Shown one piece after another: positions 45,301 to 54,167 of a stretch of DNA of 64,000 nucleotides (position 1 is its first letter; the number at the start of each line of letters is the position of its first letter). The notes beneath the pieces are model-generated. The model searched no databases. It was given only the letters and a program-made list of their open reading frames with translations, and was not told the DNA's origin. Location of the stretch: the IMG/VR virus record IMGVR_UViG_3300047551_002158, one strand, 5' to 3'. The position numbers were made by a program, and so were the translations under genes. This DNA comes from a virus. Lineage: Duplodnaviria; Caudoviricetes.

Positions 45301-48300
45301 GTTTTTATGATTCTTCCGATGATGGAGACATTACTACTATAAACTCATACACTGGATTTGATTATGAAAATGATATAAAAGACATCAATGGGGTTAGAAA
45401 TTCTGATATTATTGATATAAGACCAAGAGTTTCTAATTATACAACTTTATTAAATGCTAGATCTCCGTTTGAATTTTATGGAAGATTATTTAATGCTTCC
45501 GGAAATTCATCCGCAAATGTTCTTGCATCCGATGAATCAATTCTGACAAGTTTTTCTTTCTACTTAGGCAGAATTGATAGGATTTTCCTCAGTAAGGATG
45601 GAAGATTCCAAGTCAAATATGGAACTCCAGCAGAAAATCCAGAAAAGCCTATCTTGGTTGATGATTCTTTAGAAATAGCATCAATTCAATTGCCACCATA
45701 CCTTTATTCAGTCTCTGATGCTTCTATTGAATTTTTAGAGCATAAGAGATATAGAATGTCTGATATAAAGCAACTTGAAAATAGAATTAAGAATCTAGAA
45801 TATTACACTTCACTATCATTACTTGAAGTGAACACCTCAAATCTTTATGTGCCAGATTCTTCTGGATTGAATAGGTTTAAATCTGGATTTTTTGTTGATA
45901 ATTTCACGACATTCCTGCCTCAAGAAACAGATGCTGAAATAAAAAATAGTATTGACATTTCAAACAAGGAATTAAGACCAAAACATTATACAACTTCCAC
46001 TGATTTAATAATTGGTCCAACTCAAGGTGTAGATCCAACAGAAGATTTGCTATTTGCTGTCCCTGAAGGAATTAATATAAGAAAAACTGGAGATGTAATT
46101 ACTCTTGATTACTCGGAAGTTGAATGGTTAAACCAACCATTTGGAACTAGAACTGAGAGTGTAACTCCATTTTTAATTAATTTCTGGAAAGGAACTTTAG
46201 AACTTACTCCGGCATCAGATACTTGGGTAGATACTGTAAGGATTGAACCAAAAGTAATTGATATTGAAGGAAACTATACAGAAACTTTAATGGATCTTGA
46301 TGCAGATCCTCAAACAGGATTTGCACCGGTAGTTTGGGGTTCTTGGGTTGATAATTGGACGGGTAAAGAAGTAACATCAGATACAACTACAACCACAAAA
46401 AGAAGAACTAAAAAACCCATCAATAATCGTAACCGCCCCTGGTGGATATATAGAGATTCTATTTTTAGAAGACTTAGAAGAGGTGGAAAGAGAAGGAAAA
46501 AAGTAAGTGAAAATACAACTATACAAATTAAGGAAACCGGCGTATCTACAAGAACTGGAACTAGAAGTATTGTAAGTGAGCAATTTGATAAAACTTCTGC
46601 TGGTGATAGAACAATTAGTAGAGATCTTGTAACTTTTATGAGATCTAGAAATATTCAATTCATCGCCAAGCAAATAAAACCATCTACAAGAATGTATTCT
46701 TTCTTAGATGGAATTGATGTTACAAAATATTGTGTTCCTAAATTATTAGAAATCAATATGATTTCTGGTGTTTTTGAAGTTGGCGAAATAGTAACGGGTA
46801 CAATTAATCAAACTGGATTGGGTCCAACTTTAAGTAACGAGTCTGCAAGGATTACCTTTAGGGTATCTCAAGTAAATCATAAAGAGGGTCCATATAACGC
46901 TCCAACTAAAGTATTTGGGGAGAATCCTTATACTAATCAAATACTAGAGTCAACATATTCTTCAGTATCAACAATTCTAAATGTTGATACTTTTTCCCTT
47001 GCAAATGAACCACAAGGATCTTACAGTGGATGGGTTGAAAGTGGAATGGTTCTGATTGGAAATACAAGTGGAGCTCAAGCTACAATTACTGATGTGAGAT
47101 TAGTATCTGACTTATCAGCAACTTTAATAGGTAGTTTGTTTATACCAAATCCCAATAGTGATATACATCCTAGATTTGAAACTGGAACAAAGGTATTATC
47201 ATTAATCAATAATAGTATAAATGATGTCAATCTTGCTACAACTTCAGCTGAAGAAAGATTTTCGGCAACAGGAACTGTAGAAACTGTTCAGGAAGAAATT
47301 ATATCAGTTAGAAACGCTAGTATTGATTCTAGTACTGTAACTGAGGAAAAAAATATTTCCAAAACAACAGACATTCAAGTAACTACTACCATAGGTACTC
47401 CACCAAAAAGACGTAGAAGAAATAATAACGGAAATTGTCGTTATAAAGATCCTTTAGCACAATCTTTTATCATTGATGAAGATTCCGGAATCTTCTTGAC
47501 TAGATGTGATGTTTTCTTTAAAACAAAAGATGATGAGATTCCAGTTACAGTTCAATTAAGATCCATGGAAACTGGATTCCCTTCAGAGGTTGTTATTCCA
47601 TTTTCAGAGGTTATATTAAATCCAGATGATATTAGAGTTTCGGAAGATGGTTCAATACCAACTTCTATAACTTTCAAATCTCCAGTTTATCTTGAAGGCG
47701 GAAAAGAGTATTGTATTTGTTTATTATCCAATTCTACAAATTATAGTGTTTATATATCCAGAGTTGGTGAAAGTGATCTTATAACGCAAGCATTTGTATC
47801 CAATCAACCAACTCTTGGGTCATTATTTAAGTCTCAAAATTCCACAACTTGGGAGCCAAGTCAATGGGAAGATTTGAAATTTATACTTTATAGGGCAGAT
47901 TTCTTAGAATCTGGGACAATTGAAATTTACAACCCCGAACTATCTGAAGGAAATAGGCAGATTGCAAAATTAATGCCAGATTCCTTGAATTTAAATTCAA
48001 GGAAAGTGAGAATTACTTTAGGATCAACCATTAGCGATCCGGACTTGACTTTGGGGAACACAATTTTACAAGATGGAAATAATGCATATGGAAATTATGT
48101 AGGATCTGCTGGAAGTGCTTTTGGTGCATTAAATATAATTAACTCTGGTATAGGATACACACCATCTTCCGGAATTCAAACATATAGTGGAATAAATTTA
48201 AAAACTATTACGGGTAGTGGAAAGGGAGCAGTAGCTACTATTACAATTAATAATGGGGTTGCAGCAGCGGCAACAATAACAAGTGGAGGAAGTGGTTACC

Positions 48301-49868
48301 AGGTTGGGGATGTTTTGGGAATTACTAGTATTGGATCGATAAATGTAGGTAGAAATGCTAGATTCTCATTAACAACACTATCAAACAAAAATCAAATTAT
48401 AGTAGATAACGTCCAAGGTAATTTTGAAGCAGGCGTTGGCAAAACTATCAAATTTGTCAATAATTTAGGTATAACTACATACTTAAATGCATCTTTAGTA
48501 ATAGCGAATGAAATTATTGTTGAAAATGACGGATTACATATTAGAATTGACCATAAAAATCACGGAATGTATTCCAGTGACAATTTGGTTAAAATCTATA
48601 ATGTAGAATCCGATATCAAACCAACAAAACTTACTACATCCCTACAATCAAATTCTACCGGATCTATCTTAGTTGACGATTCTTCTTCTTTCTCTACTTT
48701 TGAAAATGTTGGGGTTGGAACGACAAATCCTGGTTATTTATTGATTGGTGATGAAATAATAGAATATACATCAGTGTCCTCAGGAACGATAGGTGGTAAT
48801 ATTGTTAGAGGAACAAATCCACAGACATATCCAGTGGGAACAAAAGTATTTAAGTATGAACTAAATGGAATTTCTTTAAGGAGAATTAATAAAACACACG
48901 ATTTAAATGATGTGTCTATTGAAAATCCAATTGATTATGATTCGTATCATATAAAAATAGATACTTCTAATAATGGAATTGATAGAACGGTTGGAACAAG
49001 TTTCCCTGTTCTTTATCCAAATCAAACAAAGTCTCTTGGTGGGTATAATATCAATGCTACCCAAAATATACCATTTGAGGTCATAACTCCAATGGTTCAA
49101 AATCTAACAGTAAGAGGAACTACATTAACAGCACAATTAAGAACTATAACTTCATCAAGTATTAGTGGATCCGAAATTCCATTTATTCCAACTGAGTTTG
49201 AATCTGTAACCATTAATTCTCCAAATTATTTAAATTCACCAAGAATGATAGCTTCGAAAGTTAATGAAACTGATAAGCTAAGTACATTAATTGGCAATAA
49301 ATCTATGAATCTTAGATTAACACTAGGAACTGCCGACACAAAACTTTCTCCCGTTATAGATACTCAAAGAATAAGTGCAATTTTAACATCAAACAGAGTA
49401 AACAATGTCATTACAGATTATGCAAATGATTCTAGAGTAAATACAATTGAGGATGATCCATCCGCTTTCCAATATATTTCTAAAGAAATTACTTTGGAAA
49501 ATTCAGCTTCTTCCCTAAAGATAATATTAAATGCAGCAATTAATTTGTACTCTGATATTCGCGCTTTTTATGCCATAGGGGATAATCCAAACTTTGTTCC
49601 TATATTTACTCCATTCCCCGGATATAATAATTTAGATTATAGAGGTCAGGTTATTAATTTTGAAGATAGTAATGGATTGCCAGATACTTTTGTATCTAAA
49701 TCAAACTCTCTTGGATTTAATTCAAATGAAGTTGAATATAAAGAAATTACATTTACTGCTGACCAATTGCCTGCTTTCAGATCATTTAGAATTAAATTAG
49801 TATTTTCTTCCACAAATCAAGTTTATGTTCCAAGAGCAAAAGAACTTCGCGTAATAGCTTTAGCATAA
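42393..49868 (+). CDS. large virion structural protein (VrlC/DUF4815-like)
   Basis: N-terminal LNVSPYFDDFD...YYKILFKPGYPVQARELT.LQSILQNQ; DPLAQSF; 2491 aa. Confidence 0.8.
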   Translation: MSQVTNLNVSPYFDDFDANNDYYKILFKPGYPVQARELTSLQSILQNQIEKFGQHFFKEGAKVIPGNTSYTQFYYGVQIQNNYLGVPVAAYADQLVGTKITGQTSGVTAIVDKILLPQDSERGNLTLYVNYIGSSTQNNSTSQFLDGESLITNINITSGLLGNSLINAGQPFAITLATGSAIVGSSFSIADGVYFIRGTFVNVNTETLILDQYSNQSNYRVGLFVNEEIINSDIDESLNDNSQGFNNYAAPGADRLKISVSLFKKSLDDFNDNNFVELATIKEGVLRSQVTNTEYNILSDELARRTYAESGDYYVTPFDVSVKESLNDNLGNRGIFNSNQFTYGGSIPSENLAVYQISPGKAFVRGYEVETISPTFLDVRKPRSTKTLENQSITYTTGPTLTLNTVYGTPLVGLGNTYVLSLRNERVGNSPITSPGKEIGLARVYDFRLESGSYENSNTDINEWNISLYDIQLFTEITLNENITLNTPTYVQGKSSGASAFLKSSISDQKIITLYDVKGTFINNESFIFDGIESGYVATAVTSYSISEVKSVFNNVGSGITFSANTLQSPKIEFGVSSISPVSASGISTVTCSDVNFPGNFVKSNDLVEYTDTSLSSPVYAKVVNVGVSSITITGVSTVSGIVEGKLPNSTLEVSDFKIITTDLSSSIDDGLYTILPKNNISSVDLANANLIIKKSFTVNIASNQLSVPVEAGSNETFLPFDEERYSLIRTDGSTEVLSSDKFEFISGGSQLQIYNLGSNDTGAILITTLRKIKPKEKVKRKNRVNSIIIDKSKYEGSGVGQTTFNDGLTYGNYPYGTRVQDKNISLNVSDIIEVHGIYESVNTSNPSAPLMILSSINGPTNTTSDLVIGEEIFGQSGNAVAIVAEKITDSQIAFIYKNQNIFKEGETLTFRESNIQAVIVSLSTPSFDISSNYSFLTGQSETYYDYGSIARKNTAEEPNKKIKVYFSNGFYDSSDDGDITTINSYTGFDYENDIKDINGVRNSDIIDIRPRVSNYTTLLNARSPFEFYGRLFNASGNSSANVLASDESILTSFSFYLGRIDRIFLSKDGRFQVKYGTPAENPEKPILVDDSLEIASIQLPPYLYSVSDASIEFLEHKRYRMSDIKQLENRIKNLEYYTSLSLLEVNTSNLYVPDSSGLNRFKSGFFVDNFTTFLPQETDAEIKNSIDISNKELRPKHYTTSTDLIIGPTQGVDPTEDLLFAVPEGINIRKTGDVITLDYSEVEWLNQPFGTRTESVTPFLINFWKGTLELTPASDTWVDTVRIEPKVIDIEGNYTETLMDLDADPQTGFAPVVWGSWVDNWTGKEVTSDTTTTTKRRTKKPINNRNRPWWIYRDSIFRRLRRGGKRRKKVSENTTIQIKETGVSTRTGTRSIVSEQFDKTSAGDRTISRDLVTFMRSRNIQFIAKQIKPSTRMYSFLDGIDVTKYCVPKLLEINMISGVFEVGEIVTGTINQTGLGPTLSNESARITFRVSQVNHKEGPYNAPTKVFGENPYTNQILESTYSSVSTILNVDTFSLANEPQGSYSGWVESGMVLIGNTSGAQATITDVRLVSDLSATLIGSLFIPNPNSDIHPRFETGTKVLSLINNSINDVNLATTSAEERFSATGTVETVQEEIISVRNASIDSSTVTEEKNISKTTDIQVTTTIGTPPKRRRRNNNGNCRYKDPLAQSFIIDEDSGIFLTRCDVFFKTKDDEIPVTVQLRSMETGFPSEVVIPFSEVILNPDDIRVSEDGSIPTSITFKSPVYLEGGKEYCICLLSNSTNYSVYISRVGESDLITQAFVSNQPTLGSLFKSQNSTTWEPSQWEDLKFILYRADFLESGTIEIYNPELSEGNRQIAKLMPDSLNLNSRKVRITLGSTISDPDLTLGNTILQDGNNAYGNYVGSAGSAFGALNIINSGIGYTPSSGIQTYSGINLKTITGSGKGAVATITINNGVAAAATITSGGSGYQVGDVLGITSIGSINVGRNARFSLTTLSNKNQIIVDNVQGNFEAGVGKTIKFVNNLGITTYLNASLVIANEIIVENDGLHIRIDHKNHGMYSSDNLVKIYNVESDIKPTKLTTSLQSNSTGSILVDDSSSFSTFENVGVGTTNPGYLLIGDEIIEYTSVSSGTIGGNIVRGTNPQTYPVGTKVFKYELNGISLRRINKTHDLNDVSIENPIDYDSYHIKIDTSNNGIDRTVGTSFPVLYPNQTKSLGGYNINATQNIPFEVITPMVQNLTVRGTTLTAQLRTITSSSISGSEIPFIPTEFESVTINSPNYLNSPRMIASKVNETDKLSTLIGNKSMNLRLTLGTADTKLSPVIDTQRISAILTSNRVNNVITDYANDSRVNTIEDDPSAFQYISKEITLENSASSLKIILNAAINLYSDIRAFYAIGDNPNFVPIFTPFPGYNNLDYRGQVINFEDSNGLPDTFVSKSNSLGFNSNEVEYKEITFTADQLPAFRSFRIKLVFSSTNQVYVPRAKELRVIALA

Positions 49869-49869
49869 A

Positions 49870-50097
49870 ATGTCTTATTTAAAGGTAGAAGGATATTCTA
49901 ATCTTCTTAGAGATCCTAAAACAAATTCAATTATCAATAATAATACAACTGAATATCAGCAATATCTTATAAAAAGGGATATTAAAAGTGAGAAGGAACA
50001 AAAAGTGCAAGACTTAGAAAAAGATCTTGCTGCCTTAAAAGAAGACATAAATGAAATTAAATTTTTATTAAGAGGATTAATCAATGAATCCAGATGA
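49870..50097 (+). CDS. small coiled-coil protein
   Basis: 75 aa (KVEGYSNLLRDPKTNSIIN). Confidence 0.7.
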   Translation: MSYLKVEGYSNLLRDPKTNSIINNNTTEYQQYLIKRDIKSEKEQKVQDLEKDLAALKEDINEIKFLLRGLINESR

Positions 50098-50254
50098 TAT
50101 ACAACTTGAAAATTTAACTAAAAGTTTTGAATACTTTAAAGTTTCCACAGAAATTGATAATTTGACAGATTTAGATCAAATTCGTAACATTGCAAAATGT
50201 TATTATAAGTTATATTTAAAGCAACAAGAAGTTGTCTCCCAACTCAATCTATAA
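50084..50254 (+). CDS. small hypothetical protein
   Basis: 56-aa ORF read by eye, GAGG SD. Confidence 0.6.
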   Translation: MNPDDIQLENLTKSFEYFKVSTEIDNLTDLDQIRNIAKCYYKLYLKQQEVVSQLNL

Positions 50255-50257
50255 ATA
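50250..50257 (+). promoter_or_regulatory. T4-type late promoter
   Basis: TATAAATA upstream of gp13; similar (A/C)TAAATA sites precede gp25, gp8, gp15, gp18, gp19, gp20 and 62468. Confidence 0.8.
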
Positions 50258-50277
50258 TTTTTAAAGAGTAGAAATAA

Positions 50278-51129
50278 ATGGCGCAACCATCTACTAGACA
50301 GGAATTAATAGACTACTGCAAAAGAAAACTGGGGGCGCCAGTTTTGGAGATTAATGTTGCTGATGAGCAAATTGAAGACTTAGTGGATGATGCCGTTCAA
50401 TTCTTCCAAGAAAGACATTTCGACGGAGTATATCCAACTTTTTATAAGTATAAAGTAACCCCAGAAGATATTGATCGCGGGAGAGCAAGGGGTCTAAGTA
50501 CAAATAGCAATGCAGGTATTGTTACTACAACTGTCAATACAAATATAGTAGGAACTGCAGTAACATTTTCATACTTTGAAAATAGTAATTATCTCCAAGT
50601 ACCACCAAATATTATTGGCATAAACAAGATTTTCACTTTTGATGGCGCAAATACAATTACTCATAATATGTTTAGTGTTAAATATCAGTTATTCTTGAAT
50701 GATATTTACTATTGGGGAAGTACAGAACTTTTAAGTTATGCAATGGTTAAAACTTACTTAGAAGATTTGGATTTTCTCCTGAATACACAGAAACAAATTC
50801 GTTTCAATAAAAGGCAAGACAGATTATATTTGGATATTGACTGGGGATCTGTTACTGATAAGCAATATTTTATTATTGACTGCTATTCAACTCTTGATCC
50901 AAATGACTATTCAAGAGTTTGGAATGACTCATTTATAAAACCATATCTAACTTCCCTCATAAAAAAACAATGGGGACAAAATATGATGAAATTTACTGGA
51001 GTTAAATTGCCAGGTGGAGTGGAATTAAATGGAAGGCAAATGTACGATGATGCCCAGAGAGAAATTGATCTCTTAATGGAAAAAATGTCCAGTACTTATG
51101 AACTTCCACCTCTCGATATGATTGGATAA
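50278..51129 (+). CDS. gp13: neck protein gp13
   Basis: STRQELIDYCKRKLGAPVLEINV...QWGQNMMKF.GVKLPGGVELNG. Confidence 0.92.
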   Translation: MAQPSTRQELIDYCKRKLGAPVLEINVADEQIEDLVDDAVQFFQERHFDGVYPTFYKYKVTPEDIDRGRARGLSTNSNAGIVTTTVNTNIVGTAVTFSYFENSNYLQVPPNIIGINKIFTFDGANTITHNMFSVKYQLFLNDIYYWGSTELLSYAMVKTYLEDLDFLLNTQKQIRFNKRQDRLYLDIDWGSVTDKQYFIIDCYSTLDPNDYSRVWNDSFIKPYLTSLIKKQWGQNMMKFTGVKLPGGVELNGRQMYDDAQREIDLLMEKMSSTYELPPLDMIG

Positions 51130-51132
51130 GAT

Positions 51133-52539
51133 ATGCTTAATCCATTTTTTCTCCAAGGTTCTAAAACAGAACAAAGTCTAATACAGGATTTAATTAACGA
51201 ACAACTTCGAATGTATGGGGTTGAAGTTTATTATCTACCAAGAAAGTATATTACAGAAAAAACTGTAATAAAAGAATTAATAGAGTCGGAATTCACAAAT
51301 GCATATCCCATCGAGGCATATGTTAATAATTTTGAGGGATATAATGATAATCCCACAATTTTATCTAAATTTGGAATTCAAGCATTGAATGAGATAACAT
51401 TAACTATTTCTAGAGAAAGATTTGAAACTTATATATCCCCACTAATAAATAATCAACCAAATATAAGATTATCAACAAGACCAAAAGAAGGGGATTTAGT
51501 ATATTTTCCTTTAGGTGATCGTTTATTTGAAATTAAATATGTTGAGCACGAAAAACCATTCTACCAATTACAAGGAAATTATACTTACGAATTAAGATGC
51601 GAACTCTTCAGATATGAAGATGAGATCATAGACACTGGAATAGAAGATATTGATGACAATATCAGCGGAAGTCAAGGTGCAGATAAAGTTCCTGTTGGAG
51701 TCATTCAAAAACTTATTATGGTTGGGGTAGGTGTTACCGCAACTGCAGTAACTGGAATTGTAAATGGAGGAATTAGATTTATTACGGTTACAAATCGTGG
51801 TGGTGGATATACCAGCACTCCAACAGTTGGAATTTCATCTTCCCCTTCAAGTGGAGGAACAGCATCTGCTATCGCCAAGATGATTGGTGGTATTGTTGTT
51901 TGCAACGATAATACAAGTCCATCCGCAAAATCAGTACAAAGTGTTGAGATTGTTAACCCCGGGTTTGGTTATACAGCAACTCCTGGAGTAAGATTTATCG
52001 GCGGCGGAGGAAAGGGAGCAACAGCCACTGCAACTATTGGAGACGGTATTATTGGAATAATTACTGTTACTAACTCTGGTTCTGGATATGTAAACCCACC
52101 AACAATCACTTTTAGTGGAATCTCTACAGTTTCTGCTGCAGCAACTGCAGTAGTTTCTGCTGCAGGTTCTATTACCTCTATTCGCATAACAAACGCCGGA
52201 GTTGGATACACTCAACCACCAACTATTACTATCGGAAATCCATCTCTTGTTTCTACTGGAAGTTTTATATTTAATGAAGTAGTAACAGGATCTCAAAGTG
52301 GTGTTACTGCGAGAGTAAGATCTTGGAATTCCACTACTAATATTTTGGAAGTTTCGCAAGTAAATGGAGAATTCATACCTGGAGAAAATATTGTAGGAAC
52401 TGCTTCAAGTGCATCTCACTATTTAAGAAGAATTGATATCTTTTCTGCTAAAGATGGTTTTGCAAATAATGAAGAGATAGAGGTAGAAGCAGATAAGGTT
52501 ATAGACTTTAGTGAAACCAATCCTTTTGGAATGCCATAA
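51133..52539 (+). CDS. gp14: neck protein gp14 with internal beta-repeat insertion
   Basis: LINEQLRMYGVEVYYLPR...EHEKPFYQLQG...CELFRYEDE; C-terminal FSETNPFG. Confidence 0.9.
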   Translation: MLNPFFLQGSKTEQSLIQDLINEQLRMYGVEVYYLPRKYITEKTVIKELIESEFTNAYPIEAYVNNFEGYNDNPTILSKFGIQALNEITLTISRERFETYISPLINNQPNIRLSTRPKEGDLVYFPLGDRLFEIKYVEHEKPFYQLQGNYTYELRCELFRYEDEIIDTGIEDIDDNISGSQGADKVPVGVIQKLIMVGVGVTATAVTGIVNGGIRFITVTNRGGGYTSTPTVGISSSPSSGGTASAIAKMIGGIVVCNDNTSPSAKSVQSVEIVNPGFGYTATPGVRFIGGGGKGATATATIGDGIIGIITVTNSGSGYVNPPTITFSGISTVSAAATAVVSAAGSITSIRITNAGVGYTQPPTITIGNPSLVSTGSFIFNEVVTGSQSGVTARVRSWNSTTNILEVSQVNGEFIPGENIVGTASSASHYLRRIDIFSAKDGFANNEEIEVEADKVIDFSETNPFGMP

Positions 52540-52583
52540 ATATAACTTATTATGATTAAATTATCATAAAGGGAAGATAAAAA

Positions 52584-53585
52584 ATGTTTGAGTATTTTTA
52601 TCACGAAATTTTAAGAAGGACCGTAATTGCTTTTGGTTCATTATTTAATGAAATCACCATCAAACATAAGAACAATGATGGAGTTGTTAAAAGTGTGCTT
52701 AAAGTTCCTCTTGCATACGGTCCTACACAAAAATTTCTTGCAAGATTAGAACAATCTCCCGATCTGAATAAACCAATTCAGATCACACTACCCAGAATGT
52801 CCTTTGAGTTTACTGGTTTAACATATGACCCAACAAGAAAGGCAACAACTACTCAAACATTTACTGCAAAGTCTGTAACTGACGGTAAGGAAACGAAGAA
52901 AGTATATCTTCCAGTTCCATATAATATGCAGTTTGAACTTAGTATTATGTGCAAATTAAATGATGATGCTTTGCAGATAGTTGAACAAATCTTACCCTAT
53001 TTTCAACCAGCATATACAATGACAGTTGAGTTGGTTGATGAAATTAACGAAAAGAGAGACATTCCTGTTGTTCTTGAGAACATTACTATGCAGGATGACT
53101 ATGAGGGAAATTTTACTACAAGAAGGGTTTTAATTTACACTCTAAGATTTACTGCAAAAACTTACCTGTTTGGTCCTGTTGCTTCTGCTACAAAGGATAT
53201 TATCAAAAAGACTACTATCAGTTATGTTGCTGGAGATACTACAAATACACCAACAAGAGAAATCGTTTATTCAGCAGAACCAAGAGCGATTCAAAATTAT
53301 ACTGGTATTGTTGTAACCAATTTAACAAAAGATATTACAACAGACGATATTCTAATACAAGTAAATGATGCAAGTTCAATATTACCAAATACTTACTTGG
53401 ATATTGAGGGTGAAGAAGTTTATGTAAAACTTGTTTCTGGAAATATTCTTACTGTAGAAAGAGGTAGAGATAACACAACAATAACATCACATTTATCTGG
53501 AGCACAAGTAAAATCGATTACTGCTGCGGATAATTTACTAATTGAAGACGGAGATGATTTTGGATTTAGTGGTTCTACAATTTGA
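52584..53585 (+). CDS. gp15: tail terminator / sheath stabilizer gp15
   Basis: FYHEILRRTVIAFGSLFN...VPLAYGP.QKFLARL...LPRMSFE. Confidence 0.92.
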   Translation: MFEYFYHEILRRTVIAFGSLFNEITIKHKNNDGVVKSVLKVPLAYGPTQKFLARLEQSPDLNKPIQITLPRMSFEFTGLTYDPTRKATTTQTFTAKSVTDGKETKKVYLPVPYNMQFELSIMCKLNDDALQIVEQILPYFQPAYTMTVELVDEINEKRDIPVVLENITMQDDYEGNFTTRRVLIYTLRFTAKTYLFGPVASATKDIIKKTTISYVAGDTTNTPTREIVYSAEPRAIQNYTGIVVTNLTKDITTDDILIQVNDASSILPNTYLDIEGEEVYVKLVSGNILTVERGRDNTTITSHLSGAQVKSITAADNLLIEDGDDFGFSGSTI

Positions 53586-54025
53586 ATGATATGAAAATGA
53601 CAAAAAAGTTTGACGATTTAAACCAAACATTCAATGTAGATTCGGAGATAGTTCCTGTCGATAATAAAACCCCCACTGAAGCGATAGAAAAAATTGCTTC
53701 AACTGTTGATGATATTAAAAAAGATTATGATTATACGAGAGGTAATTTATATTCTCTCATTGAAAAGGGGCAGGAAGCAATTAACGGAATTCTTGAACTT
53801 GCACAAGAAAGTGAAATGCCCCGGGCATATGAAGTTGCAGGACAACTCATTAAAAATGTTGCGGATGCAACTGACAAATTAATGGATCTTCAAAAGAAAC
53901 TTAAGGATATTGAAGAAGAAAAAGTAGGAAAGGGACCAACAACTGTCAACAATGCACTTTTTGTTGGTTCTACCGCAGAATTGGCAAAACTTTTAAAGCA
54001 GCAAGCACAAAATGAAAACATTTAA
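53582..54025 (+). CDS. gp16: terminase small subunit
   Basis: DYDYTRGNLYSLIEKGQEAI...PRAYEVAGQLIK...NNALFVGSTAEL. Confidence 0.9.
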   Translation: MNDMKMTKKFDDLNQTFNVDSEIVPVDNKTPTEAIEKIASTVDDIKKDYDYTRGNLYSLIEKGQEAINGILELAQESEMPRAYEVAGQLIKNVADATDKLMDLQKKLKDIEEEKVGKGPTTVNNALFVGSTAELAKLLKQQAQNENI

Positions 54026-54167
54026 ACAGTTTCAAGAAGATTGGACTAATAAATATAAAAAGAGTATTGATTGCTCAAATCCAAAAGGATTCTCTCAACG
54101 TGCTCATTGTGCGGGGAGAAGAAAAAGAGCAAAAGGTGAGCAGACTAAATCAAAACCAGTTGAGTAA
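54012..54167 (+). CDS. small basic protein with CTS-like N-terminus
   Basis: 51-aa ORF read by eye: MKTFKQFQEDWTNKYKKSIDCSNPKGFSQRAHCAGR. Confidence 0.65.
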   Translation: MKTFKQFQEDWTNKYKKSIDCSNPKGFSQRAHCAGRRKRAKGEQTKSKPVE

